From NCBI GenBank assembly GCA_903831045.1, contig CAIKWG010000003.1:415-64414 (forward strand): 64,000 bases of DNA, given 5' to 3'. Source of the DNA: an uncultured archaeon. GTDB taxonomy: Archaea; Nanobdellota; Nanobdellia; Pacearchaeales; GW2011-AR1. This document shows, piece by piece, positions 28,875 to 36,570 of this stretch. A program made the position numbers and the translations under genes. Numbering within the stretch: the first letter of the stretch is position 1; every line of letters starts with the position of its first letter. The notes under the pieces are model-generated. The model was not told where the DNA came from, did not search any database, and worked only from the letters and a program-made list of their open reading frames with translations.

Positions 28875-29243
28875 ATGGGAAAAGAAGAATTAAAAGAACT
28901 TATGGGAGAATTTTGGATAAATCTTAAACGGGATTCTAAGACAAATTACATCATCTGTCCAAATATGAACTGTGATGGATTTTCCAAAGATAATTTACAA
29001 TGTACTTCTTCTGGAACCTATGTTCCAGCTTGTCCAGAAAAGGACAAGGGTTTTAGAGTTTTGCATTGCCATTGGGGTCATCCAACCAAGCTCCCTCTTG
29101 ATGAATGTGAATGGTGCAGAGTTGATTGTCGTGAGGATAATTGCCATTCTTCAAATTTCAATTTAATGAGTGGAAAATATTCAAAAATACCTCTTGAATT
29201 ATATGACGAATTTTTGGAAAAAGAATTTGTTAGTAAATTATAA
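28875..29243 (+). CDS. Cys/His-rich hypothetical protein (putative metal-binding)
   Basis: 122 aa with 12 Cys, including CPNMNC, CHWGH and CEWCRVDCREDNC. It is the only plus-strand gene between eno and rps2. Confidence 0.45.
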   Translation: MGKEELKELMGEFWINLKRDSKTNYIICPNMNCDGFSKDNLQCTSSGTYVPACPEKDKGFRVLHCHWGHPTKLPLDECEWCRVDCREDNCHSSNFNLMSGKYSKIPLELYDEFLEKEFVSKL

Positions 29244-29259
29244 GAATTGTGTTAGAATT

Positions 29260-30417
29260 TTAATCTTTTATATTCTTCTCAATCTCAATCAATCTCTTTA
29301 TTTTGGCCTCACGTTCAGGTCCGGTTATTCCGCATTTAATAAAATCAGCTTCAAATCCAACAGCTAAATCAGCAAGGATATTCTCTGAAGTTTCTCCACT
29401 TCTATGAGAAAAAATCATTTTAATCTTGTTTGCTTTAGCTAATTCAACAACTCTCTTAACTTCCATCAATGAACCGCACTGATTAGGTTTAACAATTAGA
29501 GCGTTAATTGATTTCATGTCTATTGCTTTCTGTAATCTTTTAGAATTTGTTACGGTCAAATCATCCCCCACAATTAATCTGTCCGGAAATTTTTCAAGCA
29601 AGCTTGCAAATGCTTTGAAATCTTCTTCTTCAAAGGGATCCTCAATATATCTAATATTAAAGTTTCTTAACAAATTAAGAAGATAAAATAGCTGTTCATC
29701 CGCAGTTCTTTCTAGCTTTGGATTGGAATAATAATATTTTTTTCTTTTATGAAATGAAGATGAAGCAATGTCAATTCCAAAATCAATTTTAAATGAACTT
29801 AAAATTTCCAAAACTTCTTTATCCCCAAGCGAAGTAATCCAAGCATCTTCATCATTTTTCTTGCTAGAAAACTTTTTGTCTTTTTTCTTTATTAAAAATT
29901 CAAGTTCTTTTTTTATTTTCTTATTTAATTCAAATCCAGCTTTAGCTCCCACCGGAGGAATAAGTAAAAATTCTTGAAAATCAGGCTTTGTTCCATCGGT
30001 TGTAGAATGCAAACCTCCTCCAATGCAATTTCCAACTAATCTAGGAATTTTTTTAGAATTTGGATTAATAATCTCCCAAATTTCTTTTTTTTGCTCTTTT
30101 GCCATTGCTTTCAAAGCACAAGATTCAAGTGCAAAGAGAGTATTAGCACCAACATGTCCTTTTACAACATCTTCAATTCTTCGTAGGTCATCAAATTTTT
30201 CTAGAACATCTGTAGAAAAATATTCACTTAGTTCCTTAATTTTTTCAATATCTCCTTCAAGATTATTTTTATAGGATTTAGCTTCATATTTTCCCTTGGA
30301 TTTGCCATTTGGAGCAGAAGAACTAAATTTCCCAAAATCTGTTTGAACAGAAATTTCTATTGTAAAATCCCCCCGAGAATCCTTAATTTTTTTAGCACCT
30401 ACTTTCTGGATAATCAT
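29260..30417 (-). CDS. eno: Enolase (short, divergent)
   Basis: Signature positions are retained: SRGDFTIE, PNGKSKGKYEA, QEFLLIP, DIASSSF, IEDPF, GDDLTVTN, VKPNQCGS, SHRSGETS, IKCG. It is 385 aa against a typical ~430 aa. Sits in the conserved rpoK-eno-rps2 context. Confidence 0.75.
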   Translation of the reverse strand: MIIQKVGAKKIKDSRGDFTIEISVQTDFGKFSSSAPNGKSKGKYEAKSYKNNLEGDIEKIKELSEYFSTDVLEKFDDLRRIEDVVKGHVGANTLFALESCALKAMAKEQKKEIWEIINPNSKKIPRLVGNCIGGGLHSTTDGTKPDFQEFLLIPPVGAKAGFELNKKIKKELEFLIKKKDKKFSSKKNDEDAWITSLGDKEVLEILSSFKIDFGIDIASSSFHKRKKYYYSNPKLERTADEQLFYLLNLLRNFNIRYIEDPFEEEDFKAFASLLEKFPDRLIVGDDLTVTNSKRLQKAIDMKSINALIVKPNQCGSLMEVKRVVELAKANKIKMIFSHRSGETSENILADLAVGFEADFIKCGITGPEREAKIKRLIEIEKNIKD

Positions 30418-30461
30418 AAATTAGAAAGTAAATCAAGATTAATAAAGTTTATGAGAGGAGT

Positions 30462-30836
30462 TTATTCTTCTCTTTCATTATCGCCAACAACAGTTTCTTC
30501 AATCTCATCTTCAGGACTTGCCATAGCCATTATTTCGCCTTCTTCAACAATTTCCTTTTCTTCCTCTTCTTCAGAATGTTCTTGATCAGATTCGCTCGGT
30601 TGTCTAACAACAACTCTCTTTAAACCTTCATCCTTTCTTTCTGGGAAAGGTTTTTTAATAGAAATAGGTAGAGCATTTGACATTAATTCAACTTCAGCAA
30701 TTTTAATTGCATCAAAATGTAATTTTTCTAAATCTTCGTCGCTAATCTTAATTAAAAGTGGAGCATTCATAGCAATTTGCAGAGCCCTAGCACCAATAAT
30801 TCTTGCTCTCTCGTATTTTGTAAATGTTTGTTCCAT
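30462..30836 (-). CDS. rpoK: RNA polymerase subunit K (Rpb6 homolog) with a ~60-aa acidic C-terminal extension
   Basis: Core TKYERARIIGARALQIAMNAPLL...IAEVEL..ALPISIKK. The tail is Glu/Asp-rich (SESDQEHSEEEEEKEIVEEGE...EDEIEETVVGDNEREE). Confidence 0.8.
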   Translation of the reverse strand: MEQTFTKYERARIIGARALQIAMNAPLLIKISDEDLEKLHFDAIKIAEVELMSNALPISIKKPFPERKDEGLKRVVVRQPSESDQEHSEEEEEKEIVEEGEIMAMASPEDEIEETVVGDNEREE

Positions 30837-30855
30837 GTATTATATCAAATTTTGT

Positions 30856-31665
30856 TTATTTTAAAGCCTTTTCTATTTTCTTTTCAAGCTCAACTACTGA
30901 TTTTGCAGCAATATCAATAACATCTTTCATAATTTCAAAGTCAATTGCATTAGATTCTCCTTTCTGAATCGAAGAAATAACTCCGCCCTTAATTCCAAAA
31001 GTTACTCTAGCATCGCATAAATCTTCTTCTTCTCTTGAAGGATCAACTAAAAAGCTTTTTCCAACTTTATGAACAGTGATTGTAACAGGCATTTCTTTTT
31101 CCAATGGTAAACTCTTATCAGTCATATGTTTGTAATCTGCTTTTCCTGTTTCTTCATTATAGCCCGGTATTTTTGCAATTTTTAAAGCAGCAACTGCTCC
31201 GATTCCAGCAGCATCTAATAAATTACCATCGTCATTTATTGAATAAATATCAACATAAACATTCCAAACTTTTTCTCCTTCGGTTATACATAATTTTTCC
31301 ATTTGTATAAATTTACTTTCTCTAATATATCTATCAATTAATCTACCAACTTCAATTGCAGGGAATTTAGGAGGTCCAGCCTCGTATCTAGGTGAACTTA
31401 AAGGTAATAATTCTGCTGTAACAATTAAATTTCCTTTATCTGCAGAATCTGGGTAAGGAGTTCCAACATCCATCTTAACTCCAACTAGAACTTCACTTTC
31501 ACCAACTTTAACTCTTACAGAACCTTCGGCCTTATTACTAATACCCTTTTCAATTACAATATCTCTAAATTCTAAAAGGTCTCTTTCGTCAAATCTTTTT
31601 CCGCTTTCTAAATATTCTCTTATTCTTTCTCCAGTTGTTCCGGGAGTTGTCATAACTTTATCCAT
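30856..31665 (-). CDS. rrp42: Exosome complex component Rrp42
   Basis: RNase PH-like fold. Position after rrp41 is canonical. R(E)DGR-type N-terminal motif (RFDERDLLEFRDI). Confidence 0.8.
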   Translation of the reverse strand: MDKVMTTPGTTGERIREYLESGKRFDERDLLEFRDIVIEKGISNKAEGSVRVKVGESEVLVGVKMDVGTPYPDSADKGNLIVTAELLPLSSPRYEAGPPKFPAIEVGRLIDRYIRESKFIQMEKLCITEGEKVWNVYVDIYSINDDGNLLDAAGIGAVAALKIAKIPGYNEETGKADYKHMTDKSLPLEKEMPVTITVHKVGKSFLVDPSREEEDLCDARVTFGIKGGVISSIQKGESNAIDFEIMKDVIDIAAKSVVELEKKIEKALK

Positions 31666-31666
31666 T

Positions 31667-32374
31667 TTAATTAAAAGCCTCCTTTAGTGCTTTCTTTTGA
31701 ATTTCATAAATTTCTTCTATTGCTTTTTTACCGATGTCTAAAACTTCTTTTAATTGTTCTGGTCCAATTTTTCCATCCAACTGAAGATGAGTAATCTTTC
31801 CATCAGGAGTCATTGAAACAGGAATATCTGTAGGTCCTTCTCCTTCTTCAAAATCTTCTTCTTCTTTTGTTAAATCAACAACCAGTGTTTTGTCTAATTT
31901 TCCAACAGAAACACTACAAACTAGATTTTTCATTGGAACTCCAGCGTGAGCCAAAGCCATTGAAGCAGCGTTTATTCCTGCACATCTTGTTCCAGCATCT
32001 GCTTGAATAATGTGAATAAAAATATCAATAACTTGTCCTGGGAATTTGTCTAACATTAAAACAGGTTCAAGTGCCCATTCAGTAATCTTACTAATTTCTG
32101 TACTTCTTCTGCTTGTTCCTGGTTTGATTCTATCAGAAACAGAGAAAGTCATCATATTATAAGAACATCTCAGAACACCCTTTGCAGGATCTTGTTGATG
32201 TTGAGGATGCATTTTCTTTGGACCATAAACTGCTGCAATAGCGATTGTGTCTCCAGATTGATAAATTGCACTTCCATCTGCATTTGGAATTACTCCAACT
32301 CTTGCTTTGATTGGTCTTAGCTCATTAAGCTTTCTTCCATCCGGTCTCTCAAAATTTTCTGTTTTTTTTGCCAT
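31667..32374 (-). CDS. rrp41: Exosome complex exonuclease Rrp41
   Basis: RPDGRKLNELRPIK.., ..ADGSA.., ..DAGTRCAGINAASMALAHAGVPM. The start is taken at MAKKTENF, which gives a 1-nt junction with rrp4. Confidence 0.85.
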   Translation of the reverse strand: MAKKTENFERPDGRKLNELRPIKARVGVIPNADGSAIYQSGDTIAIAAVYGPKKMHPQHQQDPAKGVLRCSYNMMTFSVSDRIKPGTSRRSTEISKITEWALEPVLMLDKFPGQVIDIFIHIIQADAGTRCAGINAASMALAHAGVPMKNLVCSVSVGKLDKTLVVDLTKEEEDFEEGEGPTDIPVSMTPDGKITHLQLDGKIGPEQLKEVLDIGKKAIEEIYEIQKKALKEAFN

Positions 32375-32375
32375 T

Positions 32376-33086
32376 TTATTCGTCGTCCTCCAAATCTTTT
32401 GAAACTTCTCTCTTAGGGGCAAGTCCGCCTTGCGATTTGAACCAATTTTCAACTTCTTCAGTTAATCCTTCAATATAAGATTTTTCTACAATGTGCATAA
32501 TTGCTTTTTTTGCTTTTAATTCTCCTTCAATTGAATCTCCCTCGATTAAAACTCTTCCGTTTTGTCCCACAGTAATATCGCATCCAGTATTATCCTTAAT
32601 TAAATTAATCATGCTTCCTTCTTTTCCAATAACTCTTGGAACTTTATTTGGATTGATTTCAAAAATTAAACCTTCATCAATTTTTCCAAGTCCTTTAGCT
32701 TTCAAGGATAAATCGATTCCTCTTTTGTTCATTGACCAAATCTTAGCAACAAGCATATCTCCAATATCAAAAACTTCTTCCAAAGCATCTTTATTTACAT
32801 ATTGTGGAACTTCCATAACTGTTAAGAATGCATTTTCAGGAGCACCAATATCAACAACCCATCCATTAAAAGTAATATTTTCAATCTTTCCAATAACTAC
32901 ATTTCCTCGTCTTGGAGAATAGGTCCCTGACACAGGAATTATTTTTAATAATTTGTTTGCTTCTTCAATAAGTCCATATTTAAGAGCGTAAATCTTTCCT
33001 TCTCGTTTTTCTGTCCATTCTCCTGGCAAATAATCTTCACCTTCAGCAATAATCTCTCCAGGTATGGCAATTTTTCTTTCTGTCAT
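32376..33086 (-). CDS. rrp4: Exosome RNA-binding subunit Rrp4 (S1 + KH)
   Basis: S1 motif (GNVVIGKIENITFNGWVVDIG). KH motif (VPRVIGKEGSMINLIK). Gene order is canonical. Confidence 0.85.
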   Translation of the reverse strand: MTERKIAIPGEIIAEGEDYLPGEWTEKREGKIYALKYGLIEEANKLLKIIPVSGTYSPRRGNVVIGKIENITFNGWVVDIGAPENAFLTVMEVPQYVNKDALEEVFDIGDMLVAKIWSMNKRGIDLSLKAKGLGKIDEGLIFEINPNKVPRVIGKEGSMINLIKDNTGCDITVGQNGRVLIEGDSIEGELKAKKAIMHIVEKSYIEGLTEEVENWFKSQGGLAPKREVSKDLEDDE

Positions 33087-33101
33087 TTTCTATAAATAAT
33101 T

Positions 33102-33347
33102 TCAATTAATCTCCTTTTTAAAGTATTCGTTTTTCTTAATATGATTGGGGGATAAACTATTTCGAGCTTTAGGGAAATAATTATTTTGTTTTTTTTCAAA
33201 AGAATAATAAAACCTTTGTTTATCTTCTCTATTTTTTTCTGCTTTGTAAAGAGGTTTTTCTAAGAGAATTAGATTTTCCATATTAAACTTTGATAAATCA
33301 CTTAGAATAAAGGCATAACCTAATAATAATCTTCTTAAACTACTCAT
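33102..33347 (-). CDS. Hypothetical protein between sdo1 and rrp4
   Basis: 81-aa ORF with a 1-nt junction to sdo1. No family recognised. Confidence 0.35.
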   Translation of the reverse strand: MSSLRRLLLGYAFILSDLSKFNMENLILLEKPLYKAEKNREDKQRFYYSFEKKQNNYFPKARNSLSPNHIKKNEYFKKEIN

Positions 33348-33348
33348 C

Positions 33349-34020
33349 TTATTCTTTTATTTCTGCAGTCAATGCACTTCCGTGTGTCATTGAATTTAAT
33401 TTGTCATAGAACTCCATAATTAATCCTGCAGGGATGCTTACAATAACTTCTAAACTTCCATCATTAAGCCAGTTCTCTTTTTCAAGATATTGAGCAAGTA
33501 GACCATAAACCTTTCCAGTTTGAATTGCAGGTACGGTTATTTTGATTCTTTTCTTTTCAACCTTAATTGGAAGAATTGTATTTAGTTGTTCTAAAATTGA
33601 AGCAAGTTGATTTTCTATTGGCGTATTCTTAATAATTACCTTTGCTTCTTCAAGAGCATTCTTAATTCTATCTGGAGAATGTGGCCTATTGCTCTGAGGG
33701 TCAATCGCATTTTTAACCAAGAAATCTACAACTTGTTTAACTCTCTTTTCTCTTTCTTCATCTCTATGTTCTTGGTCAACTGAAATATCCCCCTGTTTAA
33801 CAATTAATTTTCCAACTTCAACTGGATTGCTTGTTCCAAAAGCAATTTCTAAATCGTTTTTAGAAGCAACATCTCCTTTTTTAATATCAAGAAATACTTT
33901 GTCAATTTCAAGTGCAAAATAATCTGTTTTACCTTTTTTAAAATTAAGAGCAGTATCCATATCTACCAAAACTTCAAAATGTTCTTTTCCTTTTCTTATT
34001 TTTGCAGTTGTTTGACTCAT
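33349..34020 (-). CDS. sdo1: Ribosome maturation protein Sdo1 (SBDS family)
   Basis: N-terminal FYSH-like region (KIRKGKEHFEVLVD...). Size matches. The position between psmA and rrp4 is canonical for the exosome superoperon. Confidence 0.8.
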   Translation of the reverse strand: MSQTTAKIRKGKEHFEVLVDMDTALNFKKGKTDYFALEIDKVFLDIKKGDVASKNDLEIAFGTSNPVEVGKLIVKQGDISVDQEHRDEEREKRVKQVVDFLVKNAIDPQSNRPHSPDRIKNALEEAKVIIKNTPIENQLASILEQLNTILPIKVEKKRIKITVPAIQTGKVYGLLAQYLEKENWLNDGSLEVIVSIPAGLIMEFYDKLNSMTHGSALTAEIKE

Positions 34021-34739
34021 TTCAATTCTTCAATTTCCTTCCCTTCTAATCTAGTGATTTTGCCTTCTTTTCCCTCGATGTAAACCAATTCAAACTTATC
34101 AATTTCGAATTTGTCAGTTTTCATTTCTTTGAATAAATCTAGAGCAATTTTAACACCCTTTTTAATTGTTAAATCTTTTTTATATCTCTCCCTAAGTTTG
34201 TCTCTAATCTTTTCATCATTTTCTCCAATTGCATTTGTATAATATTGAAAATAATTTCCAGTAACATCACTTACATATAGGTTACCTTTTTCTTTATTTA
34301 TTCCAGCAATCATTAGTGAAGCTCCAAAGGGTCTTGCTCCGCCATATTGAGTAAACTGCTGTTTTAGATGAGAAATTTCTTTAATTATTAATTCTGTTTC
34401 AATGGGAGAATCATAGGTTAATCTATTTTGTTGAGAAAGTAGTTGAGCCTTATCAATTAAAACTCTTGCATCAGAAACAATTCCAGCAACACTTGCAATG
34501 ATATGGCTGTCAATTTCATAAATCTTGGTTGCAGACTCTTTTACTATCAGTTTATCTGTAAGTCTTTTATCTGCTAGAATAAAAACACCATCTGTACATA
34601 CCATGCCTATACTAGAACTTCCTAGCCTAACTGTCTTCTCAGCATATTCTACCTGTAAAAGATGTCCATCTGGAGAAAACATAGTAGCAGCTCTATCATA
34701 ACCCATTTGCTGATGTTGCATGTCTATTGGCATATCCAT
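34017..34739 (-). CDS. psmA: Proteasome alpha subunit
   Basis: The N-terminal YDRAATMFSPDGHLLQVEYA signature is diagnostic. Confidence 0.9.
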   Translation of the reverse strand: MDMPIDMQHQQMGYDRAATMFSPDGHLLQVEYAEKTVRLGSSSIGMVCTDGVFILADKRLTDKLIVKESATKIYEIDSHIIASVAGIVSDARVLIDKAQLLSQQNRLTYDSPIETELIIKEISHLKQQFTQYGGARPFGASLMIAGINKEKGNLYVSDVTGNYFQYYTNAIGENDEKIRDKLRERYKKDLTIKKGVKIALDLFKEMKTDKFEIDKFELVYIEGKEGKITRLEGKEIEELK

Positions 34740-34871
34740 TTTTAGAATTTGATAATAATTTATCTCTCCCTTATCCTATACTTTAATTTGAAGAACAAAC
34801 TATTTTTAAAGTTTTGGGTTTAATTTTTACAAAAATATAATCTTTTTATACTCATTTTTCCATCTGATTCA

Positions 34872-35045
34872 ATGAAAACAGAGCCAATTTTGGAGATAAT
34901 TGGAGGACTTATTGGAATAGCAATTGCAGTTATATCAATTCTAAACAATAATTTTTTCACACTATTTTTTGTGATAGTTTCAGCAATTATTTTTCTAATT
35001 TTTAAGATTGTAGAGAGATATCAATCAAAGAGATCAATTTCTTAA
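34872..35045 (+). CDS. Possible small two-TM membrane protein (57 aa)
   Basis: Not in the ORF track. My translation is MKTEPILEIIGGLIGIAIAVISILNNNFFTLFFVIVSAIIFLIFKIVERYQSKRSIS. It overlaps the pop5 3' end by 12 nt and fills an otherwise empty 290-nt gap. Confidence 0.3.
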   Translation: MKTEPILEIIGGLIGIAIAVISILNNNFFTLFFVIVSAIIFLIFKIVERYQSKRSIS

Positions 35046-35309
35046 TCCCTTTACAGTTCCGCTTACTTTCACAACTTCTATCTTTTCAGGCCAGACAGCA
35101 AAGCTTGCTCTAACGTGTTCTAGAGACTCTCTGTTAATGCATATTATTCCAGAATTTCCCTTATCCTCAATCCAAGATAGAGCTGCCTTAGATAATCCTA
35201 AAACTCCAATAAAATCTTTGATTGAGTAGTTTACATTCTTTTTGATATCTTTTCCTCTAACCAAAAGATACCGTTTATTTTCTCTATGAGCAGGTTTCAG
35301 TGCTTTCAT
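35034..35309 (-). CDS. rnp2: RNase P protein component 2 (Pop5 homolog)
   Basis: MKALKPAHRENKRYLLV... matches the Pop5 N-terminus. Size and position upstream of psmA are canonical. Confidence 0.7.
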   Translation of the reverse strand: MKALKPAHRENKRYLLVRGKDIKKNVNYSIKDFIGVLGLSKAALSWIEDKGNSGIICINRESLEHVRASFAVWPEKIEVVKVSGTVKGLRN

Positions 35310-35339
35310 ATTATATCCAAGAATTTTAAGTTATTAAAT

Positions 35340-35561
35340 TTAATCTCTAATCTTATCTCTATTCTCATAAAGGAATTTTTTTATGGTTCCTTTGGGTACG
35401 CAAAGAATAGCGCTCTGATAATCAACTTTAGGGTTATCATTGTTCATTAATTCATAAAAATATCTCTCACTAAAAATAGAATTAGTCATTGGGTCTGAAC
35501 CAAGATGTGCATCCAAAAAATTTCCTTTATCTAAAAATCCAATATGAACTCCTTCCTGCAA
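35340..35561 (-). CDS. C-terminal fragment ORF (TTG start in the track), probably the continuation of 35666..36490 after a frameshift
   Basis: The reading frame stays open upstream to 35707, with no ATG/GTG/TTG upstream of the track's TTG start at 35561. It contains EGVHIGFLDKGNFLDAH, resembling the His region of NlpC/P60-type Cys peptidases. Confidence 0.4.
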   Translation of the reverse strand: MQEGVHIGFLDKGNFLDAHLGSDPMTNSIFSERYFYELMNNDNPKVDYQSAILCVPKGTIKKFLYENRDKIRD

Positions 35562-35665
35562 AAAAACAAATCCGGAAGATTCTTCTAAAAACTTTTTGAA
35601 TAGAGGATTTCTAAAATTTCTATCTGTTACAAGATAATCTACTGGAAATTCATATTCTCTAGTCT

Positions 35666-36490
35666 TTATTTTTTTATAAAATCTCCAGTGTAAAACTTTT
35701 TTTCAGCTCCATAAAAATATTCGCGAGAAGTATCCTGTGTATTTTCGGCAAGATAAATAGTTTCAAAGCCTTTCTTTTTCAAAAAGTCTGAAATTTGTGA
35801 AGCCCTTGAAAGGGATGCTAGATGAAAATTTCTTTTTTGTGCTCTTGACATGGATTCAAGCATAAACGAAGTGCAATCAATTGGTTTTAATCCTTCTTTC
35901 ATAAATTCTTTTGCTTTTTTCTGATTATAAAATAAATGATCTTTCATCAGGAATGCCGCTCCAAAATATTCCAAACTGTCCAAAAAGGTTTTAACTTCTT
36001 TTTTGCATTCCTCTTTTTCTGGAGCATATACTTTTTTACCCTCGACCCATTCAGAATTTTCTAGTTGGATTCCATTCATTCTATTCAATCTCATTCTTTC
36101 ATATTTTTTTTCTGGAGTTGCCAGTTCTGAATTATACTCCTGGATTAAACATATCAAATCTGCATTTTCCTCTCTAGTTTTCTTTTCTTTTTTATAAATA
36201 TCCTCAGCAGAGACTAATGTTTTTTCTAGAAACTGACTTGCCTTTTCATTTATTGTAGGGATTATAGAATCTTCTGGGGGTAATACTTTTTGTCCTTTAA
36301 TACCATTGAATGGAACAGAATAAAGAACCTCAGTGTTTCTTATCCCATTTTCTTCTTCATGAATGTCTACTAATTCTAATGTTAAAGAAGAAAATGGAAC
36401 GCTATTTACCTTTCTTTCATATCCGCCTGGACTAACAAATGAAAGTCCTGCAATTAAAGCTATTTCCAAGCCTAGTTTTGCTAGCTTCAT
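35666..36490 (-). CDS. Secreted or anchored hypothetical protein, possibly the N-terminal part of a papain-like (NlpC/P60-type) enzyme
   Basis: N-terminal hydrophobic signal. IDCTSFM resembles the DCSG catalytic Cys motif. The stop codon directly follows an A7 tract. Confidence 0.5.
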   Translation of the reverse strand: MKLAKLGLEIALIAGLSFVSPGGYERKVNSVPFSSLTLELVDIHEEENGIRNTEVLYSVPFNGIKGQKVLPPEDSIIPTINEKASQFLEKTLVSAEDIYKKEKKTREENADLICLIQEYNSELATPEKKYERMRLNRMNGIQLENSEWVEGKKVYAPEKEECKKEVKTFLDSLEYFGAAFLMKDHLFYNQKKAKEFMKEGLKPIDCTSFMLESMSRAQKRNFHLASLSRASQISDFLKKKGFETIYLAENTQDTSREYFYGAEKKFYTGDFIKK

Positions 36491-36570
36491 AAAAAGTGGG
36501 AGTCTATGAATTTTTTAAGTATTTGTGTGTTGGTAAATTATATAAACCAATTCTTCATTTTATAATCGAA

